From: Minutocellus sp. GHC0000111
Taxonomy: Eukaryota
Reading direction: 5' to 3'
Assembly: GCA_977018835.1 (NCBI GenBank)
Contig: OZ361256.1
Location: 3,720,001 to 3,784,000, forward strand
Length of the DNA stretch: 64,000 bases
Shown: positions 47,903 through 58,745 of the stretch, in pieces
Layout of the letters: the number at the start of each line of letters is the position of its first letter
How positions within the stretch are numbered: position 1 is the first letter of the stretch
Notes under the pieces: model-generated
Seen by the model: the letters and a program-made list of their open reading frames with translations, nothing else
The model's database searches: none
What the model was told of the DNA's origin: nothing
Program-made: the position numbers and the translations under genes

Positions 47903-49846
47903 ATGAACGACCCGCTGGTGTTGTTGTCTACTAGTACAATGGCACTCGCCTTGCTGGCCACAGCATTCGCTCTCCTGGTTGGCGGGTTTTGCATCTACTA
48001 CGCTCAGAATAGGGCACAAAGGAAGAAGAGGGAGGAACGGGAGAGGAAACGCCAAGCGAAGAAGTCATTTACGGTGAATCTTCGGGACCTTCAAAAGCTA
48101 GCACGTGGTGAGCCTACCAGTCGGCAAAGACGAAGACGACAGCAACCAAGCATAAAGAATGTGTCCGCATCGCATTCCGATGGTGGCTGGTATCAAAGTA
48201 TCTCGTCGCTCATACCGGCATGGACTTTAGCACGTGACAATGCGAGGAAGGGAGAGACGAACCACCGCCTCAACATAAACAAAACATCGACCAATGTCAA
48301 TGTAGGCAACGATGATGATACGGGGCTGCAGAATGTCGCAGTCATGGGACTGGACTGTGAAATGGTGGGCGCAGGGCGGGATGGCAGTATCAGCTTGTTG
48401 GGACGTTGCTCTCTGGTATTGCTCGTCCAAGATGAAAAGGGGACAGATGCCGTTGGCAATGACAATAACGATTGTGCAATACGCGTCACCACTATTTACG
48501 ACAAGTTTGTCCGACCATCGAAGAAGGTCACCGACTACCGCACTCCTTGGTCGGGCATTACGAAAAATGATCTCAGGGGATTGGGATCATTGCCTTGTGT
48601 TCCATTTGAGGTATGTCGAGATGAAGTCGCGGCCTTGCTTGCATCTTATGAGGGAAAGCCGGTTGTGCTGGTCGGGCATGCTTTGAAGAACGATTTTGAT
48701 GTTTTGAATCTGAGACATCCGTTTGGTCTTACCCGCGATACTGCCACATATCGGCAATTTATGAAACCTGGAAGATCCAGGAACAAAATGCTCCAAAGAA
48801 AACTTTCGCACCTGGTTGAGGAAGAGCTTGGCATGAATATCCAAAGTGGTGGAGGTGGCCATTCATCTGTGGAAGATGCCGAGGCTGCTCTGAAGTTGTA
48901 CTGGAAGGTTCGAGATTCGTGGGAGCGCAGCTTGGGATGTCCACTGCATTCTTTTGGTGAGAAGAACAAAGATGATGTTCCAGCATTGGTAGATGATCAT
49001 TGGTCTCCCGTCACTCTCTATCTGGACGGATGTAATCTCCCGCTTGGAATTCGGCGCAACAAGAAGCTCGTCAAGTCTGGTTCGAATACAAATACTAATG
49101 AAAAGGATGAGGATGTAACGTGGCAAATCATAAGTAAGACGTCTACGCAGGGAACAACGGAAGTGTATCGCCAGGTGGATTGGATACCTGTTTTACGCTC
49201 GGCGCTGGCATCTACGTCAGCTCCTTTGTTCGGCAAAATAAAAATAATGTTTGATGGGGCAAAGTATAAGGGAACGAAAGAGGAGAAAGTGCCGAAACTT
49301 GTGCAAGTGCATCCAAATCTATTCATAGAAACGACAGAAGTGGGTGTACAGGTGGATGATGTGTTGGTCGAGAGATGTGGAGGAATCGATCGAGGTGTGG
49401 GTGGAGCTTGTCGAACGCACGGGACAATTGTCGATATCGATTACGTTGTCGATGCACTATCCAATCTGACCGATATGGGTTTTGGTGCTGTGGATAATGC
49501 TGACAACGATAAGCTGGACTTTTATGCTGTGGTTCGACGGAATGGTGGTGGGACGAAAACAAACAAAAAGCTATTTGATAAGCTCAATTTGCGACGGCCC
49601 GAGGAGGGTGCATTGTGTTTGTCTGGATTGTCTGCCAGGCTACAAAAGAATAGCCTCCAGACAGCCAAGGATCTAAAAAGAGCACGAGTATATGATGTTG
49701 TAGAGTACGAGCTCAGATCGAGAGCAAATGTGAGGAACATAATCGTCACGGATGACATATTGCTTGCTGACAGGTTAGTCAATGATTGCGGCGGTGACGG
49801 GCAGAACATGGTTCTCAGCTGGAGGCAGTTTCAGCAGATTTGGTGA
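47903..49846 (+). CDS. REX4-like DEDDh exonuclease with an N-terminal TM and a C-terminal NYN/PIN-like domain
   Basis: GLDCEMVG, VTDYRTPWSGI, LVGHALKNDF, HSSVEDA; then LYLDGCNL, IMFDG, VDDVL, IVTDDILL. Confidence 0.85.
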   Translation: MNDPLVLLSTSTMALALLATAFALLVGGFCIYYAQNRAQRKKREERERKRQAKKSFTVNLRDLQKLARGEPTSRQRRRRQQPSIKNVSASHSDGGWYQSISSLIPAWTLARDNARKGETNHRLNINKTSTNVNVGNDDDTGLQNVAVMGLDCEMVGAGRDGSISLLGRCSLVLLVQDEKGTDAVGNDNNDCAIRVTTIYDKFVRPSKKVTDYRTPWSGITKNDLRGLGSLPCVPFEVCRDEVAALLASYEGKPVVLVGHALKNDFDVLNLRHPFGLTRDTATYRQFMKPGRSRNKMLQRKLSHLVEEELGMNIQSGGGGHSSVEDAEAALKLYWKVRDSWERSLGCPLHSFGEKNKDDVPALVDDHWSPVTLYLDGCNLPLGIRRNKKLVKSGSNTNTNEKDEDVTWQIISKTSTQGTTEVYRQVDWIPVLRSALASTSAPLFGKIKIMFDGAKYKGTKEEKVPKLVQVHPNLFIETTEVGVQVDDVLVERCGGIDRGVGGACRTHGTIVDIDYVVDALSNLTDMGFGAVDNADNDKLDFYAVVRRNGGGTKTNKKLFDKLNLRRPEEGALCLSGLSARLQKNSLQTAKDLKRARVYDVVEYELRSRANVRNIIVTDDILLADRLVNDCGGDGQNMVLSWRQFQQIW

Positions 49847-50411
49847 TTGAATAGTTTTAGTGTATTATAAAAAAATGGGGGGAAGGCTGCAGTCATGCAC
49901 GGTACGTGTAGTACATGTAAGTACATGTAGATCTAATTGTTACAGTAGATCTACCGGTACATCCTAAAAATAATGGATTTTTAGAGATCTAGAGATCTAA
50001 CAGAAGGATATCACAATAGAGTGACTTTCTATGGTAGGGGTGTGGTCGAGGAGTGAGTCAGTCTTGGCCATTCATTGTTGGGTGGTTTTCGATGAGAGTG
50101 CAGAGTGCAGAGATCCCGGCTCTTTTTTGTCGACTCACTCGAGTGAAAATCGGGGTTCGCGTTGATCTCCATCAGGAAGTTCGCAGAAGCCGGCCCGGAG
50201 CGAAGATGACAGTCATCGTCACACGACACGACGACACGCGCATCAGAACTGCTAGAACTTTTCACCCGTGCTGTCGACTCGACTCGACTCGGCTCTTTTG
50301 CTCATTCGCTCACAAACAGAACAGAATAAGCCGATAAAAAGGACCCAATCAAATAAATATCCGATCAAATCCAAGCCACCTACCCAAAACCTAGGTACTA
50401 GGCCTATACAC

Positions 50412-53400
50412 ATGCACATTAAACTGCGCATTGCTCTACTTTCCTTCGCCGTCGTCCCTCTCATAGCCTTTGTGCCGCCTCGTCTGGTTGCCACAAAGGC
50501 GAAGACGGCTCTTTCGTCACGAGTGGGATCCAAGACCGCACTTTACGTGAAGAGTCTGCAGGTAAGAATCATTGATAGAATTTGCATCTGCGTAGACCAT
50601 ATCAATGAATATTTGGCTGACGATTCGCGTACATGCACGTGGTGCTTGACAAGAACGCCAGCATTGCAAGAATAAGGCGCGCAAACGACGCACGCGGCTA
50701 CTTTCGACTTCGATGCACCATACCAACACCCCCTAATTTTCACATGACTCTAGCACCCCTCGGTCGAATTATATTCTGACTTTGAAGAGGATGAACCCTA
50801 CTGCCTGAAGAATGGATTCGTTGTTCCCACCGACGATTCACAGATAACGGTCGACAAGACCCGCATTTCCTTGTTGGAGAGTGCCGGTGTCTCGAGGGAC
50901 GCATTATTGCCGACTCCGGCCGCACTTCCGGGGGGCTGCGATGTCAAAGGCTTCATCCTCGATCATGTTACGCCCTACACTGGAACCCCCGACTTTCTCG
51001 CCGCGCCAACCGAACGAACACTGCGTGCCTCGGAGAAATTTTCTGATCTCCTTGAGGCTGAGCGAGTAAATGGCATATTAGGTACGTGCATAATAGTGTT
51101 CCGACGAGGCCCATCGACAGAATGGCTAGACTCCATACCCTTACATATCTATGGTTTGAACATTACTACTCGTCGCATCAACTTCATTTTTACGAACACA
51201 TTGCATGTGCACTGCCTTCTTTTCATCGCAATCAGACGTCGACGCACATACGCCGTCTACAATCACCTCTCACGAACCCGGTTACCTCCTGTCCAAAGAT
51301 GAAGATGTGATCAAGGGCGTGCAGACTGAACTTCCTCTCAAACGTTCATGCAAGCCAAAGGGCGGATTCAGGACTGTCGCTGCCGCTCTGCGCTCGTATG
51401 GCTATGAGCCGGACGAGGACATGGCCAAGATCTTCACCGACCAAGTCAAGACTCACAATGAGCTCGTCTTTAGTCTCTACACTGAGGACATGAGGAAAGC
51501 TCGACATGTCCATCTGCTCACCGGTCTACCTGATGCCTACGGCCGGGGCCGAATCATTGGAGACAACCGTAGGATTGCCCTTTACGGCATTGATGAGCTA
51601 ATTAGGAGGAAGAAAGAGGATTTCGCAGCTGTGTCCGGTGGAAGTTCCTTCAAAGACATGAGACTGCGCCAGGAAATATCGATGCAAATCTCAGCTCTCG
51701 AAGAGACATTGAAAATGGCTGATGGTTATGGAATCGATCTTCGTAAGCCATCCAAGACCTTCAAAGAGGCAGCTCAGGCCATGTGGCTCGGCCACACGGC
51801 CGCTTTAAAGGAGCAGGATGGTGCCGCCATGTCAGTGGGACGATGGGATGCATTTCTTGACATCTTTGCCGAGAAGGATCTAGAAGAAGGAGTGGCAACT
51901 GAAGAGGAATTGCAGGAGGTTGTTGACGACCTCGTGCTAAAGATGAGGCTCGTTAGCCGAACCGACGAGTATGGCCACCAAGACTACCTATCGCTTCCTT
52001 CATTCACTCCAGAATCTTGGCCCAGCGCCAGAACCTAATTTGACTGTGCTGTGGTCGAAGCATCACCCCGAAGCATTCAAGAAATACTGCGCCCAGACCT
52101 CAATTGATTCGTCGAGCATTCAATATGAGAACGACGATCTGATGCGACCGATCTACGGTTCAGATTGTGAGTGTTTGTCTTTACTTGTATACATGTATTG
52201 ATGTGGATTTGTATAAAAACAAATGTGTTCGTCTCGCCCTCTTACTGTACTGTATCTATTTCGTTAATGTTTCACCAATCTGACACATATGTCTCCTACG
52301 CCGCTACAATGCTCTACATTCAATAGATTCCATCGCCTGCTGTGTGTCGGCAATGAGGACTGGCAAGGATATGCAATTCTTCGGGGCCAGAACAAACCTC
52401 GTCAAGCTTCTTCTGATGACGCTCAATGCTGGCCGTGATGAAATCCATGGAGAGCTGCTCTGTGAGCCTCTCGCCAAGGCCTGCAAGGAGCGAGGAATTG
52501 GTGTTGGCGACGAAGATGCACCGCTCGACTACAAGACAGTAAAAGATCTGTTTTACAATGTCGCCATGCCGTGGATGGCCAAACTTTATGCTGACACCAT
52601 GAATTGCATTCACTACAGCCACGATACCGCCAACTACGAGGGTATTCAAATGGCGCTTCATGACTCAAATGTAAATCGCCTCATGGCATTTGGTATTGCA
52701 GGATGCTCCGTTGTTGCCGACTCTCTCGCTGCCATCAAGTACGACGATGTCTTTCCAATTCGAAACGAGGATGGCTTGACCGTTGGGTTCCGTCGGGCTC
52801 ATCCCGGAATGGAAGTACCCTGCTTTGGTAATGATGATTCTAGAGTGGATGATATTGCCGTCGAGGTCTGTAAAAGATTCCATCAAGAGCTCGACAAACA
52901 GAACCTCTATCGTGATGCCAAGGCAACAGTAAGTCTGCTCACTATCACATCCAACCTAGTTTATGGCAAGGCCACTGGATCCACACCCGACGGAAGGCTC
53001 CAAGGTGAACCTTTTGCGCCTGGCGCCAATCCAATGCATAATTGCGACAAATCTGGTGCTCTAGCTTCGTTATCTTCCGTCGCGAAGCTCCCCTACAAGG
53101 CCTGCATGGATGGTATTTCCAATACTTTCTGCCTCTTACCTCAGGCACTGGGAGAGCCTGATGACAGAGCTCAGAACTTGGCTACTCTCCTCGATGGATA
53201 CTTTATGAAGAACGCCCATCATGTCAATGTCAACGTGCTCAACAGGGAGATCCTCGAGGATGCACATCTTCATCCAGACTAGTATCCAAACCTTACCATC
53301 CGGGTCTCCGGTTATGCCGTCAATAGGCTCACGCCAGAGCAGCGAGAAGAAGTCCTTGCTCGGACGATGCACTCTGGATCTGTCGCGGCCTACTCAAAGG

Positions 53401-54560
53401 TCAGCGAATCACTGCGCGCTGCTCGATACCTTCAGGATGACAATGCCGAGGCCAAACTACTTGGCGACGAAAACTCTTCGGGAGCCTGCGACACCACAAG
53501 CGTAGACTTTGAAGTGGGCGAAGAACAAGACTTTGGTTCTGCTTGTGCGCTCTCCAAGACGGCTCTACCGATGAATACAGCAACTCCAAGCGCGAGACCG
53601 ACAAGATCCATTTTACCTAGTCACCCCTTTCTAAGGACCAAGCAAACCCATCGCCTCCAGCCACTAAGAGCTTCTTCTGCTGCTATCCTGGAAACTCCAA
53701 AAGTGGTAGACATTGAGAAGCAAGCAGCGAAAGGGTCAGAAATAGTCGACGAATTCAAGCTCGAGACAATGGCCGAGCCAAAGACAGTCAAGGGCGCAGT
53801 CCATAGCATTGAGACGTTCAGTACAGCCGATGGCCCAGGCATCAGGACCATTGTCTTCCTTCAAGGTTGCGGAAGGCGCTGCATCTTTTGCTCGAATCCT
53901 GAAACTCAGCTCTGCGTCGATCCGGATGCACATCCAGAACTTGCCATGACCGACGAGGAGGTCGCGGACTTGGTCAAGCGATATGATGTGTTTTTGCGCC
54001 CGAACAATGGCGGCGTCACCGCTTCAGGAGGCGAACCGCTTGTTCAATCCGAATTTGTTAGGTCGGTCTTCAAACGCGTCAAGGATCAAGGTCTTACAAC
54101 CTGCCTTGATACAGCTGGACATGGTAATCCGATTTCGTGGGACCGGGTCTTACCGCAGACCGATTATGTCATGCTCTGCATGAAGGCAATGGACCTCAAC
54201 CTCGCCGCTGAGATCGGAGGTACCAACCAAGAAGCTAGTAAACGGGCTCAAGATTTCGCTCGTTACATCCGAGACAATTACAAGGACAACACCGAGCTCT
54301 CAATCCGCTGGGTGCTACTCAAGGATATGACAGATACCGACAAAGAGCTCACGGCACTCGCTGAATTTGCCAAGGAGCTTGCCCCGGTATTCACACACGT
54401 CCAGCTCCTTCCGTACCACGATCTTGGACGTGAGAAGTGGGAATTTTTGGAACGAGCGTACCCATTAGATGGCATGGAACCGTACTCGTACGACGATGCC
54501 GTCAAAGCCAAGGAAAAGCTTGAGAGGATGGGGATCAAAGTTGTATTGGCCCAGCCTTAA
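50412..54560 (+). pseudogene. pflB-pflA: Pyruvate formate-lyase fused to PFL-activating enzyme, with a plastid-type presequence; carries lesions
   Basis: [23 protein letters not shown] (Cys-Cys 52338-52343), LTIRVSGYAV (Gly 53310), then in frame HSIETFSTADGPGIR, CGRRCIFC, SGGEP. Introns start at 50562, 51082 and 52168. In-frame TAG at 53280; deletion with frameshift at ~51960. Confidence 0.92.
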
Positions 54561-54741
54561 AGAATTTTGAACAAGTTTTAGATCTATAGAGGTGGGAATT
54601 CAATAGGAATACCTAGAGATTGTTAGAGAGAATCATAGTGTATTGCTTCAATCATTTTTGTTACCAGTACATTGTGTGTCGTAATATCAACGATAAATAA
54701 TAAGAATAAATTACACTCGAGTAGCTACGTAACTATGCTCT

Positions 54742-55946
54742 TTAGCTCATCTCCCCCGCTGGAGATGACTTTTGAATCAGAGCTTCAATTGCACCGCTCG
54801 TTGCAGGTGTGCTGGCACCCTCTTTCATTACGCAAGCAGTTCCAAGCAAACAGCCGTGAAACAATCCACTGCGAAGGATTGAGGAGTCATCATCGCCAAT
54901 GTCCGATTTCCCACGGATCCTGTGAATCCCATGCAGGAATCCCGCCGCAAATGCATCGCCTGCACCGGTTGGATCTACCGGGTCGGATATGCTGGTAGGT
55001 GCCTCCTGACGATGCACAATGTCACCACCACGAAGAGCCACCGCACCCTTAGAACCGAGAGTAACAACGACGCACGTATTGGGACTTGCCCGGTGAAGAA
55101 GGACGCCAGCTGCTGGAGGACGTCATTGCTACCAGAAATTCCTGGTGTAGTAGCCGTACTACTCGTAGTGTTGGGCGAGGCAGCAATATTGGCGATGCAT
55201 TCCGCCTCCAGCTCGCTGCAGATTAGATAGTCCACCAGGGGCAACAAATCGAGCAGACCGCCGTCCCAAACTTCCGTGGCACCGTGCTGCGGCACGAGGG
55301 ATATCGTGGTCCCAGAGCCTCGACGATCCCGTATGGTCTGCAACAGTCTCTTGAGCTGACCATCGAAAAAGCCGTCAATGTTGTAATATCCCGCAATGTG
55401 AACGTGAAGGTGGTGATCGTTGTAGCTGCTATTGCCGCTTTCGCTCCCATTGTCCCCGGTGCCAAGTAGTACCCCGTCCACGTCGACGTGATCTGCCTTG
55501 AACGCCGACACGCAACCCAGATGCGTCATGAACGACCGATCCCCCCTCGACACAATGACGGTGCAGTGCCCAGTACTGCTGCTGTTGTTGCCTTTGTCAT
55601 CCTCATTACTATCATCAAGTGCCCGTCGACAATTGACCAGGTCAAATCCATGCTGCTTGGCATGCGAGGACAACAATCTACCATAATCGTCAGACTCGTT
55701 GAGGACCGTGTGCAAACTGACGTCCATCGTTCCACTACCAATACTGCCAGCAGCACTGTGGCTGCGACCCAAGGACGACAGATGCGTCGCAGTATTGAGG
55801 CCAGAACCGCCGGCCACGGTTCGTATTGGTTGGGTCAGTCTCGCATCTCCACCGGGCTTGGGGAGGGTGGAATCGCCGAGGAAGCAGAATAAGTCGGCAA
55901 AGGCATCCCCAATGATGGAGACAGAGAGGTGCTGCGGGTCGGTCAT
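54742..55946 (-). pseudogene. PfkB-family carbohydrate kinase, frameshifted at ~55090
   Basis: GGSGLNTA, GDRSFMT and ICSELEA; then in another frame VVTLGSKG and DPTGAGDAFAAGF. Confidence 0.9.
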
Positions 55947-56061
55947 CGTTCGGCTCCTGCTTTTGGTTTTGGCGCTGGCTGGCCTGTGCGCATGCTATGC
56001 GGGCCGCCGCCATCTGCATCTTGAAATCTGCGCCTGATGGGCTGGGATTTTCCATCAAACA

Positions 56062-56400
56062 TCATTCGGATAAGCCATCAGACGCTTAGCTTCACCAAAA
56101 ACATTCACCAAATTCCCTGTCGAGCAGTCAAGCAGAAAAAAATTCACAAAAACACAAAGGATACACGAGAAAACCATGGCCGTGGCCGGAACGCGGAGCG
56201 CCGAAGGCAGCGGAGCTCAGTATAGGGTATAGGGTTAGGGCAGAGGGTTAGGGTTAGGGAATAGGGTCGGGGCGATGACACATGGTGTGGTATCCGGGAA
56301 CACGCGGGACCAATTGCAACTCTTAGCGACAACGGACGACGGACAGGAATTTGGTGAATGTTTTTGGTGAAGCTAAGCGTCTGATGGATTATCCGAATGA
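56062..56400. mobile_element. Non-autonomous TIR element (MITE-like) with internal TTAGGG-like repeats
   Basis: ~58-bp near-perfect inverted repeats (tcattcggataa.ccatcagacgcttagcttcaccaaaaacattcaccaaattcc) at 56062-56119 and 56343-56400; TSD not clearly resolved. Confidence 0.85.
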
Positions 56401-56665
56401 CGCGTCACCAACTCGACGAAAAGACGGGCACAACATGTGTCGGCCGGGCGGCGGGCGGGGTATCTTCCCTCTCGCCTTCAACCAGTGTTCCCTTCGGCCA
56501 TTACTTGAGAGAGACATACTCTAACTACGTAGCTAGGCCAGTATATTGGCTAGTAGTTCCCTTCTCCGTTGTGCTTGCGCTGTTCACTGATCTCGGCAGC
56601 CGCAAGCGGGGCGGAGGCATAATAAGTCACAGAACTTGAGGGCATCCGGCCGAGCGAACGCAACG

Positions 56666-58561
56666 ATGACCCAGGCAACAGATGTTGGAGAAGACCAGCA
56701 GAAGCTGGACGATGCCCTCCTCCGCGCTGCCTCGACGGGCAACGCCGACGATATGTTGGACATTCTAAAGCCGTTTATCGATTCGTCGGGTGGTTCCCAG
56801 CATGCATCATGCGGCGAGCCGGACGATGACAGCTCTTCGTCATCATCCGGTCAGCCGATGCCCTTCCGGAACGCACCGCTGTCGTACTGGTGTCACGTGG
56901 CCGCCCCGCCGCCGGGACCGCACAGCCCGCTGATTGCGCTGCGGTTGGCGGGAACCGAGCGGATCCTGGCCATCGATGGCAACGGCGTATACCACTCGTT
57001 CCGGTGGCAGTGGCGCGCCGAGGACCCATCCGACGATGGCAATCAGCAGCATCGAAGCGGACCGGCACAGGCACAGGCGGCGGAGAATGGTGGCAGCAGA
57101 TCGAGAGCAAATAGCAAAAGCAGCGTCGGTGGTGGTGAAAGCGATGGTGCTGCTGATGGCGAAAACAACAAGGATGATCCGGCCGAGAGTCCGCACCAGC
57201 AGTCCGATCTGTTTGCCGATCGGGGCTGCTTCGTCGCCCAGCGGGAGCTGGCGCACTTTCGGTCAGTGCCCCGCCTGCCGTACCACCCGCCGCCAGTGTC
57301 GCAAGCATCGTCTTTGAAAAGATCCAACAGTGGCTCCTCGTCACAGCAGCATCAACAACAGCAACAACAATCGGCGGTGGCGGCCATCTCCAAAACTCTT
57401 TTTGCCTCCCGCACCCTCATGCTGGTGGTCAGCGACGGAGACGGCCGAGGGGGGATATGCCTCCAGCTCGTTACGGCCTCCGGCAGCGTCAAGACCGAGA
57501 CCATCATCCCCCAGGTGCACAGCGATCGGATCACGGCTCTGGCGATGGACCCCATCGGCAACGCCGCCGGGCAGGGTGGGGTGGGCGGTGAGGTGACCAT
57601 GATTGGCAGTGCGGACGGCACGGCGACGCTTTGGAGGTTCATATCGAGCCAATTTTTACCGCTGAGGCCGCGGTTGAGGCTTGGTGGACATGCCGGCTGT
57701 CCCATCCATGCCGTCACGGTCAGCGGACCGCTCAATTTGTGTGCATCCATATCTAGTGACCGATGCTGTCTCTTCAATGTGAGCAATGGAGCGCTTGTAC
57801 GGTCGTTCGTTCCCCCGACAGATGGAAAGGGTCAAGACGTCAAAGTTCGTTTTGCCAGCTGCCCCGCCCTTTGTCTAAGTCAACAGGGATACATCGTGGT
57901 TGTCTGTGAGAGCGTGCCGATCGGTGGAAAGGATTCAGTTTCGCCGTCAAAAAAGTCAAGCAAATCAACGCCATCAATATCGATCGAACTGTACACGTTG
58001 GAGGGGGTCCACGTTGGATCCAGGGACGTGACCGATCGTCGAGACAAGGCCGCATACGGAGCCCCGTGCAAGCTAATACCCATTATTGGTGGCAAGGCCG
58101 TCATGGCGTGCAGCAGCCGTGGCATCGCCGTCCATCGCATCTCGGCCATTCGACCGTTGGAGGTCGTCGATGAGTGGCTCCTGGAGGTTGGCGGTGAGGA
58201 GGACGGTGATGGCAGCGGTAGCAGCAGCAGCTTCGCCCGAGGTGGCATCTCAGCATTCGATATAGACTTTGGACCGAGTCTGGTGAGGCCGGTCGTTGCT
58301 GCCGCAGCGTGCTCTTCCGGTGCACTTCGGCTACACGCCTTGAGAGGAATCAGCCAATGGAGCGAGGAGAACAAGAGCAAGGGTGTATCGGCAGCGATGG
58401 GCAATGCACTGGCCCGGCCGGCGGCAAGATTGCGAAATGTCGTGGGCGGAATGAAGAACATTGGCAGTAGGTTCATGGGCGTGTCGAAGGAGATTGGTAA
58501 GGAGGCAGCTGATGAAATCAAGGAACGTGGAGGCTTGTTTGGATTCCGGGGAAGGAGATGA
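56666..58561 (+). CDS. WD40-repeat protein resembling the C-terminus of BEACH-domain proteins
   Basis: VHSDRITALAMD, IGSADGTATLWRF, GHAGCPIHAVTV; no BEACH domain is recognisable upstream. Confidence 0.6.
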   Translation: MTQATDVGEDQQKLDDALLRAASTGNADDMLDILKPFIDSSGGSQHASCGEPDDDSSSSSSGQPMPFRNAPLSYWCHVAAPPPGPHSPLIALRLAGTERILAIDGNGVYHSFRWQWRAEDPSDDGNQQHRSGPAQAQAAENGGSRSRANSKSSVGGGESDGAADGENNKDDPAESPHQQSDLFADRGCFVAQRELAHFRSVPRLPYHPPPVSQASSLKRSNSGSSSQQHQQQQQQSAVAAISKTLFASRTLMLVVSDGDGRGGICLQLVTASGSVKTETIIPQVHSDRITALAMDPIGNAAGQGGVGGEVTMIGSADGTATLWRFISSQFLPLRPRLRLGGHAGCPIHAVTVSGPLNLCASISSDRCCLFNVSNGALVRSFVPPTDGKGQDVKVRFASCPALCLSQQGYIVVVCESVPIGGKDSVSPSKKSSKSTPSISIELYTLEGVHVGSRDVTDRRDKAAYGAPCKLIPIIGGKAVMACSSRGIAVHRISAIRPLEVVDEWLLEVGGEEDGDGSGSSSSFARGGISAFDIDFGPSLVRPVVAAAACSSGALRLHALRGISQWSEENKSKGVSAAMGNALARPAARLRNVVGGMKNIGSRFMGVSKEIGKEAADEIKERGGLFGFRGRR

Positions 58562-58745
58562 GCTCATCAAGAGCTCAAAGGGCTGACTTGATGGAGGAAA
58601 GCAGCAGCTAAGTTGAGGAATTCCAGCAGTGCATTTCTAACGCTTAAGAGAAATGACGTTTTTCCAATCTAAGTGTGAATGATTCGCGTGCAAATATGTA
58701 TTTCTTCTCGTGTCTGCATACCTCTAGTACAATTGTCTTTGGGTA

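Noticed and set aside
53280..53282. Pyrrolysine or programmed TAG readthrough in PFL
   Set aside because: A single AAG->TAG change suffices, and the gene has other clear lesions
39254..54560. Bacterial contig or HGT island (RSH, YkgJ, YjbQ, PFL)
   Set aside because: The genes have eukaryotic targeting peptides or spliceosomal introns and are interspersed with eukaryote-specific genes
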